Assembly: GCA_018816805.1 (NCBI GenBank)
Contig: JAHIVE010000015.1
Span: forward strand, 31,104-95,103
Length of the DNA: 64,000 nt
Direction of reading: 5' to 3'
Source of the DNA: Patescibacteria group bacterium
GTDB taxonomy: Bacteria; Patescibacteriota; Gracilibacteria; UBA1369; 2-02-FULL-48-14
The position numbers and the translations under genes are program-made. Shown here piece by piece: positions 41,038-52,305 of the stretch. The notes below the pieces were generated by a model. It was not told the origin of the DNA. It did not search any database and saw nothing but the letters and a program-made list of their open reading frames with translations. Position 1 is the first letter of the stretch. The number at the start of each line of letters is the position of its first letter.

Positions 41038-41190
41038 ATGTTTACAAAAAAACCATTAAAACGTTTCCACGTTTCTGCAGAAAAAGTTTATTTACCCGGG
41101 AAAAAAACTATTTTGAGAAGGGCAATTTTATTTTTTAGACCTTACACAAAAAAAACTGCTTATAGGATATCGGGAGGATACTTGTTAGCT

Positions 41191-41196
<6 letters not shown>
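41038..41196 (+). CDS. Possible small basic protein (52 aa) downstream of lexA
   Basis: MFTKKPLKRFHVSAEKVYLPGKKTILRRAILFFRPYTKKTAYRISGGYLLAL fills the whole intergenic gap. Confidence 0.4.
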
Positions 41197-43197
<2,001 letters not shown>

Positions 43198-43199
<2 letters not shown>

Positions 43200-43495
43200 A
43201 AAAATCCCACCTGTCTATCAATGAGAATATTTCACTGAGACGAATGGTGGGATTTTAGTTTGAACGGTGACTACGTTCTGTTTTTGTTTCAAAGCCTTGT
43301 TTTGGTCAGGTTTAGGGCCGGACCGGGGCTGCCCCTGACGTGAATTCCGGAGGTGTGCTAGGCAGGAACCAGAGCGGATTCACGGGGCGGAAGAGGGAGT
43401 CTTATTCCCGTGGGCTGTCGATGTCATACGAGAGCCATCACAAAGCGATTGATTGATAACTAAAGGAACTTTTTTGTTTTTGATTTTTTGTTATC
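43198..43495 (-). ncRNA. Putative structured ncRNA, copy A (unknown family)
   Basis: Own promoter TTGCAC-17-TACATT (43529-43501); terminal stem aaaatcccacc/ggtgggatttt plus U tract; homologous to copy B with compensatory changes. Confidence 0.75.
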
Positions 43496-43605
43496 AAATT
43501 AATGTATCAAGTATATATAATTGGTGCAAGGAATAGGGGTGGACGTGTTTGAATCTTTGGCATCTATAAGGTTTGCTGTACAACATTTTTGTTCGTTTTT
43601 TCCTT

Positions 43606-44074
43606 TAAAAGAAAACCGGCTTTGTTCCCTGTCTATCAATGAAATAAATTTCACTGAGACACTTTTGGGAGTAAAGCCGGTTTTGCGAATGGTGACCACA
43701 TCATTCTGTTTTTGTTTCACTGCAATGCTTTGGTCAAGTTTATGGCCGGACCGGGGCTGCCCTTTACGTGATTTTGGTCACTATATCCGGAGACAGGGAG
43801 TGAAAATGCAAAATCACAGAGCGGTATTGAGAGTCTTTCTCTCATGGGTCCTCTGGTCAAAGAGGTCCATCACAAAGCAGAAAATGGGCACGAGCTGTTA
43901 GTACGACGGTATCGTACCCACATCCCGCTTTGCGAGCATGGGGCCTCAGAAAATAGATTCTGAGGTGGCCACAGGCGTCTAATTTTGAGACGCTACAACT
44001 GAATGGATGCTCCCTTTCGGTCGTGTGTGGTCGAAATTTCAAAGAACTTTTTTTTGTTTTTATTTTTATGTTTC
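43606..44074 (-). ncRNA. Putative structured ncRNA, copy B (unknown family, with extra 5' domain)
   Basis: Own promoter TTGCGC-17-TACATT (44108-44080); terminal stem aaaaccggcttt/aaagccggtttt; shares 13-19-nt invariant blocks with copy A. Confidence 0.75.
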
Positions 44075-44214
44075 ATAACAATGTATCAAATTCAAGATTC
44101 TGGCGCAAGGAATAGTAGTGGACTAGCATTGTGTTTATTTTGTGGTTCGATGTATGACAGGTTTAGCTTTACGTTTTCAATTAAGACGTTTAAACTGCAA
44201 TCATAATAATTTAT

Positions 44215-44901
44215 ATGACGACGTTTTCCGTCTTCGATATAGCGGGTCCGGTAATGGTTGGTCCATCCAGCTCTCATACAGCAGGTGCGGCTAAACTGGG
44301 TCAGTTTGCGAGGGCAATTTTTGATTCGACTCCTACAAAAGTGCATTTTTTGCTACATGGTTCTTTTGGAGAAGTTTTTAAGGGTCATGCAACGGATAGG
44401 GCTCTTTTGGCGGGGGTTATGAAATATCCTCCTAATGATCCTGCAATAAAGAATGCTTTTGAAATTGCGCAAAAACAGGGGCTTCACTATAAGTTTGAGG
44501 TTGGGAATTTGGGATATAATGTGCATCCGAATACGGTTTTGATTACAATGGACAACTTTAAGAGAAAAGTTAGTGTGATGGGGTCGAGTATTGGGGGTGG
44601 AAATGTGGAAATTATTAGAATAAATGATTTTGATATTCATCTAACCGGGAATAGCGCGGAGCAGTTTTTTACTCTGGTGGTGGAGAATGAGAATTTGCCG
44701 GGTATGCTTGCAAAAACGACCAGTTATTTAGGAAAAAAGAAAATTCGCATTGTGAATATGCAGAGTTCGTATTTGGCGGGGGAAAATAAGGTTTTGTCTG
44801 TGCTTAGTTTGGAACAGCCGCTAAATTTGGATGAGATTTTGGAACTTGAAAAAGAGGAGGGCATAATTTTTGTTCGTTCGCTTCTTAAATTGACTCAATA
44901 A
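44215..44901 (+). CDS. sdaAB: L-serine dehydratase, Fe-S dependent, beta subunit with ACT domain
   Basis: GPVMVGPSSSHTAGA, HPNTV and GSSIGGG motifs. Confidence 0.95.
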   Translation: MTTFSVFDIAGPVMVGPSSSHTAGAAKLGQFARAIFDSTPTKVHFLLHGSFGEVFKGHATDRALLAGVMKYPPNDPAIKNAFEIAQKQGLHYKFEVGNLGYNVHPNTVLITMDNFKRKVSVMGSSIGGGNVEIIRINDFDIHLTGNSAEQFFTLVVENENLPGMLAKTTSYLGKKKIRIVNMQSSYLAGENKVLSVLSLEQPLNLDEILELEKEEGIIFVRSLLKLTQ

Positions 44902-44902
44902 T

Positions 44903-45832
44903 ATGGCTTCATCTTATGTTTTTAGGAACGGCAAAGAGCTTCTTGACAGGTGCAAGGAGCATAAAATGCCTATTTGGGAAGTTGTATTAAATTATGAGAT
45001 TCAACTTTCCGGGAAAGATAAGGATTATGTTTTTAAAATGCTTGGAGATAGGCTTACGGTTATGATGGAGGGAATTGCCGCTACACTTGATAAACCAGAG
45101 ATGTCGCCTAGCAAAATGGCGGGGAAATCTGCCCCAATTATTCAAAAAGTATTGAAGGATTGGAAAAAGTGGGAAAACAAACTCATGATGAATGAAGATG
45201 CTGTGAAAGCTATGCTTGGGGCTATTGCAACAGGTGAAAATAATGCGAGAATGGGTGTTATTTTGGCTTTCCCAACGGCCGGTGCGGCCGGAGTTTTGCC
45301 GGGTGTGATTTTTGGTTCTCGCGATAAGCTTAAATTGACACAAGATCAGATGGTGAAAATGATGCTTACCGGTGCCGGAATTGGAATTATTGTGGCAAAT
45401 ACTGCAACTCTTTCCGGTGCTGCGGGAGGATGTCAGGCTGAAATTGGAACTGCAACTGCAATGGGTGCTGCTGCTTTGACGGAAGTGCGTGGTGGAAAGC
45501 CGGAGACTTGTTTGCATGCGGCTTCTTTATCTTTGAAAAATATGTTGGGATTGGTTTGTGATCCAATTGGCGGGCTGGTTGAAGTGCCATGTATAAAGAG
45601 AAACGCTTTTGGGGCTATGTATAGTTTTACAGGTTCAGATTTGGCTTTAATGGGTATTGAAAGTTTTGTGCCGTTTGATGAAGTAGTGGTTGCACTTAGG
45701 AGTATTGGAGATATGATGTCACCGAAGCTCCGTGAGACTGCTTTGGGTGGTTTGGCTGTTTCGCCCACAGGGCTTAAGGTGGCAAAAAAAATGGGGTTAA
45801 TTCAAATTAGTACTAACCCCTGTTCAAAATGA
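44903..45832 (+). CDS. sdaAA: L-serine dehydratase, Fe-S dependent, alpha subunit
   Basis: PTAGAAG, GGCQAEIG and GLVCDPIGGLVEVPC motifs. Confidence 0.96.
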   Translation: MASSYVFRNGKELLDRCKEHKMPIWEVVLNYEIQLSGKDKDYVFKMLGDRLTVMMEGIAATLDKPEMSPSKMAGKSAPIIQKVLKDWKKWENKLMMNEDAVKAMLGAIATGENNARMGVILAFPTAGAAGVLPGVIFGSRDKLKLTQDQMVKMMLTGAGIGIIVANTATLSGAAGGCQAEIGTATAMGAAALTEVRGGKPETCLHAASLSLKNMLGLVCDPIGGLVEVPCIKRNAFGAMYSFTGSDLALMGIESFVPFDEVVVALRSIGDMMSPKLRETALGGLAVSPTGLKVAKKMGLIQISTNPCSK

Positions 45833-46416
45833 TGAAAGTTGTTGTTTTGGCTTCCACGCGAGGTACTGATTTACAGGCTATTTTGGATGAAATGGACGAC
45901 GGGAAAATGCCCGGGATTGAGATTTTGAGGGTTGTTTCTAATGTAGAAGATGCAGGGGCTCTTGAGAAAGCGCGGGCGCACGGAATTGAGGCTGTTTTTG
46001 TGGATCCAAAGCAAGATGATTTTTCTGAAAAGTTAGTGGGGGCAGCTAAGGGTGCGGATTTGGTGTGTTTGATAGGTTATATGAAGATTTTGGATTCAAA
46101 TTTTGTGCGGTTTTTTAAGGGACGAATTATTAATGTTCATCCTTCCCTATTGCCGAAATTTGGAGGGAAGAATTTCTACGGTGATAAAGTTCACAAAGCT
46201 GTATTGGATTCGGGTGATAAAAAAAGCGGTATGACAATTCAATTTGTGGATGAGGGTGTTGACACAGGGCCAATTTTGCTTCAGAAAGAAGTTGTGATTG
46301 AGGATGGAGAGACAGTTGAGAGTTTAAGGCAGAAAGTGCAGGAGCTTGAAAAAAAATGGTATCCTGAAGCTATTCGCATAATTGCTAAACAGCATGAGCA
46401 AAAAATTCAAAATTAG
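45829..46416 (+). CDS. purN: Phosphoribosylglycinamide formyltransferase
   Basis: GTDLQAI, GYMKIL, INVHPSLLPKFGG and DTGPI motifs. Confidence 0.93.
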   Translation: MMKVVVLASTRGTDLQAILDEMDDGKMPGIEILRVVSNVEDAGALEKARAHGIEAVFVDPKQDDFSEKLVGAAKGADLVCLIGYMKILDSNFVRFFKGRIINVHPSLLPKFGGKNFYGDKVHKAVLDSGDKKSGMTIQFVDEGVDTGPILLQKEVVIEDGETVESLRQKVQELEKKWYPEAIRIIAKQHEQKIQN

Positions 46417-46654
46417 GCATGATAGAGACGGGTGTATTGGCTGTACTTCCTGTGCAAATATTTGCCCACGATTTTGGCAAATGAACGAGCAAGACGGTCT
46501 TGCGGACTTGCAGGATGCTAAACGTTTGACAAGTGGTGATACGGAATTAACGATTTCCGAGGAAGATTTTGAGGATAATATGGAAGCAGCTGAATCTTGT
46601 CCTGTGAACGTGATTCATCTGGTTGATATTGGTTCCGGGAACGAATTAATTTAG
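46394..46654 (+). CDS. Single-cluster ferredoxin
   Basis: CIGCTSCANICP and AAESCPVNVI motifs. Confidence 0.9.
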   Translation: MSKKFKIRHDRDGCIGCTSCANICPRFWQMNEQDGLADLQDAKRLTSGDTELTISEEDFEDNMEAAESCPVNVIHLVDIGSGNELI

Positions 46655-47358
46655 CTTTCAGTAGTTTCCTCAGTTGAAGTCTCTTCTTCAGTTTTTGTGG
46701 CTTCAAGTGATTCCAAGAATTGCTTAATTTGAGCTTGTTGTTGCATTTTCTCGGCGTATGCATCAATTTCTTCAAGTTCTGCCATTTTTGCTTTCAATTC
46801 ATCAGGGGTACCAGCGTAAAAATCAAATTCGTATGTTCCTATTACCGCTTCATATTCTTTGCGACATTGCTCAATGTCTTGATCTCCGTCTGGCAGGTGC
46901 AGTTCAAATATTGTTGTTGGGAAACCTTCGCCATTGGTTTGAGCTTCAAAAACACGCATTTCAGGGATGCCGGTTACGGGGTTGTCAAATTGGTAGTCAA
47001 TTCCTGCCGTATAATAACTCTTAAAAGCCCATTCTGTAACTACATATTCTTTTTCAAGTTCATGACCTTGGATTCCAGGGAGAATGTAGCAAGATCCTGA
47101 GTCAAAGTTTTTATTTTCCAGGAGGATTGCTGTTCGCTCTTTTCCGTGGGTTTCTTTAATTTCCCAGATTGATGAGTCGTACTTGAACTTGAAGTGCAAG
47201 TCTGGATCAATCATTGAGTTCATTTTAACAATGTTCAGGACGCTTCCTTCAAGTGGAGGAAGGAGCGAATATGTTTGCATGGATGTGTCGAATGAGGGGT
47301 TGTCGCATCCTATTAAGAGGATTGGGATTAAAATCAAGAGTGAGATTGCTTTTTTCAT
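46651..47358 (-). CDS. Putative lipoprotein
   Basis: MKK...LLIGC lipobox. Confidence 0.75.
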   Translation of the reverse strand: MKKAISLLILIPILLIGCDNPSFDTSMQTYSLLPPLEGSVLNIVKMNSMIDPDLHFKFKYDSSIWEIKETHGKERTAILLENKNFDSGSCYILPGIQGHELEKEYVVTEWAFKSYYTAGIDYQFDNPVTGIPEMRVFEAQTNGEGFPTTIFELHLPDGDQDIEQCRKEYEAVIGTYEFDFYAGTPDELKAKMAELEEIDAYAEKMQQQAQIKQFLESLEATKTEEETSTEETTES

Positions 47359-47368
47359 TTTAAATTGG

Positions 47369-48649
47369 TTAATCCTTTTTTAGGGAGCTCATCATAGCGT
47401 TTCTGGCGGAGGGGTCAAGTGTCTCTCTGTTGTCTTTTATTGTGAGAGTTGTTTCTCCGTATACGAATTTTTGAGGTTCTATGTCTTCTGCTATGGTTAT
47501 TCCTGAGCCAATAAAGGTGCCTGAGCCTATTTTTACGCCCGGCATGAGGCTTGTATTGACGCCAATGCGGATATTGTCGCCTAGGGTTGCGCCAAGTTTG
47601 TTGCGGCTGCTTTCTGCAATTTCTTTTTCATCAAGACGAAGGTTTGCACAGATTGCGCCTGCGCCGAACGAGCAGTTGTCACCTATGACGGAGTCGCCTA
47701 TGTAGTTGGAGTGAAACCAAGTGTCATGGCCAACCAGTGAGCGGGCGACTTCAGTTGAGTAGCCGACGACTGAATTTTGTCCGATTATGGAGGAGCGGAC
47801 CAAGGCATTGTTGGCCACAATTGCATTTTTACCAATGTAGGCCGGGCCTTGGATTACTGCGTGATCAAATATTTTTGCACCGGATTCAATTGTTACCTTG
47901 CCTTTTATGACTGCTGTTTCTGCAATTTGCGCTTCTGGACTGATATTTGTTTGGCATTGGGAAAGAAAGTGGTCCAAAAGTGAGAGCGCATGCCAAGGGA
48001 ATTTTACAGATTGCCAATAGCCTTCAAAGCTAACTGCTTCGACTGTTTTTTCTTGCATTAGTTCGTTTAGGGCGCGTTCGTAGCGGTCGTCGTTTTCTGA
48101 GGAGTGATTTTCAAGTTTTTCAAAGAGGGATTGAGAGTTTTTGTGTATGTGGAGCACCAAATTTATCAGGTCTGAAGGTTCATTTCCCTCCCCCGGCTTT
48201 TCTTGGATGCCGGTGATGCGGTTTCCGTCTAATGTCAGGTAGCCACCTGGAAAATATTCGTGAACGCGATAGGCCAAAATGTATGAATCTGCGCTTCCGG
48301 ATGCGGCTTTGTGCATTAGCTGGAAAGCTTCTGGGTCCACAATGTCGTTCGAACTTACCACAAAAATGTCATCATTTTGTGTGTGAAGTTTTGCGGAAAT
48401 TAGGGCGCCGGCCATGCCTTCGTTTAAATCTTCCTGTTCAATTAGTTTTGTGTTGTGTTTTTTTGCGACTTCCCCGAGGCGTTCCATGTTGTGGGCACCG
48501 CCAATTAATATGATTTCTTCAAAGCCGGCGTTTTGAATGGCTTCAATCTGGTGTTCGATCAGATATTTCCCGCAGAATGAGAGGAAATTTTTGTCTTCTA
48601 TTGGTTTTGCTCGTTTGGAGCGACCGGATGCTAAAAGTAAGACTTTCAT
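47369..48649 (-). CDS. Bifunctional sugar-1-phosphate nucleotidyltransferase/acetyltransferase (archaeal GlmU-like)
   Basis: LLASGRSKR N-terminal domain; hexapeptide repeats; YIGDSVIG..C.FGAG...ANLR and KLGA.LGD. Confidence 0.85.
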   Translation of the reverse strand: MKVLLLASGRSKRAKPIEDKNFLSFCGKYLIEHQIEAIQNAGFEEIILIGGAHNMERLGEVAKKHNTKLIEQEDLNEGMAGALISAKLHTQNDDIFVVSSNDIVDPEAFQLMHKAASGSADSYILAYRVHEYFPGGYLTLDGNRITGIQEKPGEGNEPSDLINLVLHIHKNSQSLFEKLENHSSENDDRYERALNELMQEKTVEAVSFEGYWQSVKFPWHALSLLDHFLSQCQTNISPEAQIAETAVIKGKVTIESGAKIFDHAVIQGPAYIGKNAIVANNALVRSSIIGQNSVVGYSTEVARSLVGHDTWFHSNYIGDSVIGDNCSFGAGAICANLRLDEKEIAESSRNKLGATLGDNIRIGVNTSLMPGVKIGSGTFIGSGITIAEDIEPQKFVYGETTLTIKDNRETLDPSARNAMMSSLKKD

Positions 48650-48754
48650 AGGATTGATTAGTGCGGGTATTTTAGATTAAAAGGTAAAAAAAGGCAATGG
48701 AAAGCTTGACATTTGGGGCGTTTTGTGGTTTTATGGCGTCTATTAACAATTTCT

Positions 48755-49123
48755 ATGAAAATTTTAAGAAATTTAGCTTTGGTAGCTGCTTTAACAGGTT
48801 GCGACGGACGTGAGTCCTACCACTGTGAAGTTGAACCAAATGAGGGATCTGAACAGTTATATACTTATGGCGAAGTTGATGGGTATTGCAGAGCAAATCC
48901 CAATGATGTGGTGTCTTGTTTAAGAAGAGAAAGCGGGAGAGGCAGTGCTGCTGCAATTTCCGAGTCAGATAAATGTGATCACATTACTGACGCTATTCAG
49001 TATGGGATTTTTGGAGAAAAAATGCAGCCCGGTTGTAATCAGATTGATGAAATTGTCTGCTATGGTGGCGGTGCAGACTTTTATTGCGAGGACAGCGACT
49101 GGGAGTACGAAAATTGGCACTGA
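48755..49123 (+). CDS. Small Cys-rich lipoprotein
   Basis: MKILRNLALVAALTGC lipobox; eight Cys in total. Confidence 0.65.
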   Translation: MKILRNLALVAALTGCDGRESYHCEVEPNEGSEQLYTYGEVDGYCRANPNDVVSCLRRESGRGSAAAISESDKCDHITDAIQYGIFGEKMQPGCNQIDEIVCYGGGADFYCEDSDWEYENWH

Positions 49124-49135
49124 TTTAATGCTAAT

Positions 49136-49723
49136 TTAGGCTTCCGGCGGCCTGTTTGGTGCAGTTTGAGTGTTCCTGAGTTCCTTGGCGCGGTTTCTAA
49201 TATTTGAGGACAGGTCTTTTTCGCCGCGTTTTAAATAACCAAGGCCTTTTAATACAATGTCTGAGCCAGGAACAACTACTCCAACCGCGTCAATTAGGAG
49301 TTCAGGTGCATCCAAGACTCCTAAACCAGGCCAGTCGCGCATATTTTGGAGAAGTTCTTCATCAACATCAATAATTCCGTAGCGAGCATTCATGTATATT
49401 GCAGTGTAAAGAGGATTCAGATTTCTTGGATCCATCATTGTGTATTTTTCAACTGCACGCATTAGAACGTTTCTGTCATCCGCTTTTAACGCAGCTTTAA
49501 GCATATTGTCGGTCATCAAATTGTCTGCAATCTTTTGGAGAGCATATGAACTTGGTGATTTTCTGTAAAGATTTACAATTTTTGCGGCTTTGTCTATGAA
49601 CATTGACTCTTCTTCTTCTGATTCAATCTCGGACTGAAGTTGGTTTAGTTCCTCTTTGGACTTTTCGTCCATTTTTTCTCCGAGTTTTCCTGGCTGAGGC
49701 CTTTCCGGTGAATCTTTTAGCAT
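49136..49723 (-). CDS. Hypothetical protein
   Basis: 195-aa ORF starting 6 bp after the purP-like gene. Confidence 0.65.
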   Translation of the reverse strand: MLKDSPERPQPGKLGEKMDEKSKEELNQLQSEIESEEEESMFIDKAAKIVNLYRKSPSSYALQKIADNLMTDNMLKAALKADDRNVLMRAVEKYTMMDPRNLNPLYTAIYMNARYGIIDVDEELLQNMRDWPGLGVLDAPELLIDAVGVVVPGSDIVLKGLGYLKRGEKDLSSNIRNRAKELRNTQTAPNRPPEA

Positions 49724-49729
49724 GGCATG

Positions 49730-50848
49730 TTAGGTTAGGATTTGTGAGAGTAGATTTTTTTCAATTGCGGCGCGGATTTCCATGGCAATTCTTTCACCGT
49801 AGCTTACGGGGCGGCCCCAAAGGTAGGTTGTGTGGGGCGTGAAGCGAGTGCCGGGAGATCCGGGGATGCGCATTGAAACATCAAAAATTACAATTTCCTC
49901 TTTGCCTTTGTCTGCTGCGACTGCGCCTTGAAGCGCGAATGGTCCGATTATGCCGGGATCAGAGTATTCTTTTGTGGTTTGCACGAATTTTTCACCGGCT
50001 TCGAAGGCTTTTTCTAGGATGGATTCTTTTGTTGTGACCGAAAAATGGCCGGTTTCTATCATGCTTGGGCGGTAGCCGGATTTTAAAAGTTCAAGTTGAG
50101 TGCCGGCGTCTAAGCGGAGGAATCCGTCCAAACTGGTTTGGCGACGGGCGTCTGTGCCCATTAATTCAAGTTCATTGTTCACTACTGAGTAGAAAAAGTT
50201 GAAATTGACCTGAGCACCTATTATGAATTCTTCAATTACGGCTTTTTTGAGGCCTTCTTCTGTGATTGTGCCAGCTGCGAGCATAGCTGCAGATTTTTCT
50301 TGGTATTCTTCCGGGGAAGTTGCGACGAAAAATGCTCGTTCGTAAGTGCGAGTGGCTTCGTTCACTTTGACAATTACAGGCTGGTCAATTTGGTCCGGAG
50401 AGTCGTAAAGGCGCGGGAGACGGATACCGGCTTTTTCAAGTAGCCAGTATTGGTTTTGGGGGACGTCGCGTTCCTCAAGGCGGACCATGTGGCGAGTGCC
50501 GTAAATTGGTACAGAAAAGTCGTTTTCAATCTGGTTGAAGTCGCAGTAAACCCAGAAGTAGCGGCTCAAGATGAAGATTGTGTTTTGCTTGCGGAGTTCT
50601 TCTTGGACTTCCGGCGAAACGATGTCTTTGAAGCTATCTACAAGGATTATGTGGTCAATGCAACCGCGGTTTTCACGAGTTTTAAAATATTTTGCGTAGG
50701 TTTGTTCGCGGCCGCGCTGGCAGACTGCAAGAGTTTTGAAGCCCATGCGTTTGGCGCCTTCACATACGTCAAGAGCGCTGTGACCACCGAGCACGCCGAT
50801 TGTGATGTGTGCCGGGTCCAGTGATGCAATTGTTTCTGCTATGTTCAT
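49730..50848 (-). CDS. PurP-like ATP-grasp formate ligase (DUF1246/DUF1297 type), paralog 1
   Basis: LGGHSALDV..GAK..GF.T, IEEFIIG, GIIGPFALQG and RIPGSPG; likely start MNIAET. Confidence 0.85.
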   Translation of the reverse strand: MNIAETIASLDPAHITIGVLGGHSALDVCEGAKRMGFKTLAVCQRGREQTYAKYFKTRENRGCIDHIILVDSFKDIVSPEVQEELRKQNTIFILSRYFWVYCDFNQIENDFSVPIYGTRHMVRLEERDVPQNQYWLLEKAGIRLPRLYDSPDQIDQPVIVKVNEATRTYERAFFVATSPEEYQEKSAAMLAAGTITEEGLKKAVIEEFIIGAQVNFNFFYSVVNNELELMGTDARRQTSLDGFLRLDAGTQLELLKSGYRPSMIETGHFSVTTKESILEKAFEAGEKFVQTTKEYSDPGIIGPFALQGAVAADKGKEEIVIFDVSMRIPGSPGTRFTPHTTYLWGRPVSYGERIAMEIRAAIEKNLLSQILT

Positions 50849-50941
50849 TGGGCTTATCTTAAATGCGAGAGGCGTGAAATGGAAGAGGAATTTTTGCCTT
50901 TCAATGCTTGACGGTGTTTTTTTTCGCTTTATAGTAAAGGT

Positions 50942-51220
50942 ATGGCGATAGGAATTGAAAAAAGTCAGTATAAAATCGAGCTGCAAGAAAGAGTGCTGCG
51001 TGCTTGTGGTAAAACTGCTTTTTATCAGTTGCCATATGATGCGCAAGATCTGATTCGCGGGAGGTTTGCTGAAATTGATTCTTTTGTTGGTGATTCAATG
51101 CGTGCTGATTTTTTGGATAAGGATGTGAAAAAACTCTCAAAGGAAATTCTTAGCATAATTCGGCGCACCAGAGATGAGATTGAATTTACGGAGGCAATGA
51201 AGCCAAGGAAAAGAAGTTAA
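50942..51220 (+). CDS. Small hypothetical protein
   Basis: TTGACG-16-TATAGT promoter 6 nt before the ATG; fills the gap between the purP paralogs. Confidence 0.6.
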   Translation: MAIGIEKSQYKIELQERVLRACGKTAFYQLPYDAQDLIRGRFAEIDSFVGDSMRADFLDKDVKKLSKEILSIIRRTRDEIEFTEAMKPRKRS

Positions 51221-52245
51221 CCTAGAAGTTCTTCCAGACGGCCGGATTCAATGCCTTGTTTGATTTCTCTAGCTATGCGGCGGCCGGTGGACATTGGTTC
51301 GGAGTAACGGAGCCAGGTGTAAGGAGAACCGTTTGTGTAGGGGTTGGTGCCGGCGACGATTCTGGCGGAGATTTCAAAAACGCGGAAGTTGAGTTTTGGG
51401 TCTATGACACCTTCAAGGCAAAATGGGCCGTAGAGGCCTTTTGGTGTGTGGTCTAGATTTTTGGAGATTTCAACAACATTATTGCCTATTTCAAAAAACA
51501 TTGGGAGCAGTGATTCACGGACGACGACGGGGACGTTTCCAGTGATGGTATAGCTGGTGTGAATGTCTACGTCTAGCTGGTCACGAGCGGCTATGCGGCC
51601 GATTGAGTCTGCGTTGGATTCGTAGCGTTTGTCAAAGCTCATAATTTCCAGCTCGCCTGTGAGAGATGACTGAAAGTAATGAACGTACATTGGCACACCC
51701 ACAATGTATTCTTGAATAACAAAGTCGTGTTCATCAGGATGATCTTTCATTCTTTCATAGAATTCCTGGGGCGAATGGGCAATGAAGTAACCAAAGCCGC
51801 CTTTTGCGCCATGGAATTTTACAATTACTGCGCGGTCAATTTCCTCCGGAGTTTTGTAGAGTTTTGGAAGGTTAAGGCCTGCTTTTGTGAGCCACTGTCT
51901 TTCTTTTGTGCGGTCTGATTCCCAATCAAGAATGCCTTTGGAGCCGTAGTGCATTGCGCGCATTTCGTTGAAGATTTTTTCAGGACCTATGTATGAAACA
52001 AATGAGCCGTGAGGGATTATTATGGCATTTTTCTCGATTAACTTATTTTCAATTTGGAAATAATCTGTGAAATTTTCCACCTCAATTATTTCATCGGCAA
52101 CGCCGTAACTGTCATATGGTTTGCGGGTTTTTTTTGTGCAAATTGCTATTGTGTGGAAACCTTCATCTTTGGCGCCTTTCAGTATTTGAAGAGCCGTGTG
52201 ACTCCCAAGTGTGGCAATCGCGTAGTCGGAAATTTGATTTGTCAT
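51217..52245 (-). CDS. purP: Formate-dependent AICAR formyltransferase (FAICAR synthetase), archaeal type
   Basis: TLGSHTALQILKGAKDEGF, IPHGSFV, GNVPVVVRESLL, GPFCLE, FEISARIVAGTN and MSTGRRIAREIK motifs. Confidence 0.92.
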   Translation of the reverse strand: MTNQISDYAIATLGSHTALQILKGAKDEGFHTIAICTKKTRKPYDSYGVADEIIEVENFTDYFQIENKLIEKNAIIIPHGSFVSYIGPEKIFNEMRAMHYGSKGILDWESDRTKERQWLTKAGLNLPKLYKTPEEIDRAVIVKFHGAKGGFGYFIAHSPQEFYERMKDHPDEHDFVIQEYIVGVPMYVHYFQSSLTGELEIMSFDKRYESNADSIGRIAARDQLDVDIHTSYTITGNVPVVVRESLLPMFFEIGNNVVEISKNLDHTPKGLYGPFCLEGVIDPKLNFRVFEISARIVAGTNPYTNGSPYTWLRYSEPMSTGRRIAREIKQGIESGRLEELLG

Positions 52246-52305
52246 AGTGGCTTGCTAATTAATTGTGACTGTAGCAAGTTTTTTTAGGGCTGTCGAGTTG
52301 GTTTT

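Noticed and set aside
43499..43720. Peptide MKQKQNDVVT... in ncRNA copy B with a similar frame in copy A (possible tmRNA-like tag or sORF)
   Set aside because: Starts are GTG/TTG, a 1-nt indel shifts the frame between copies, the copy B frame runs through the terminator, and substitutions are explained by base pairing. No tRNA-like ends were seen. Not fully excluded.
50849..51046. N-terminal extension of the 438-aa ORF call
   Set aside because: PurP similarity starts at MNIAET (50848); the extension overlaps a plus-strand gene and its promoter.
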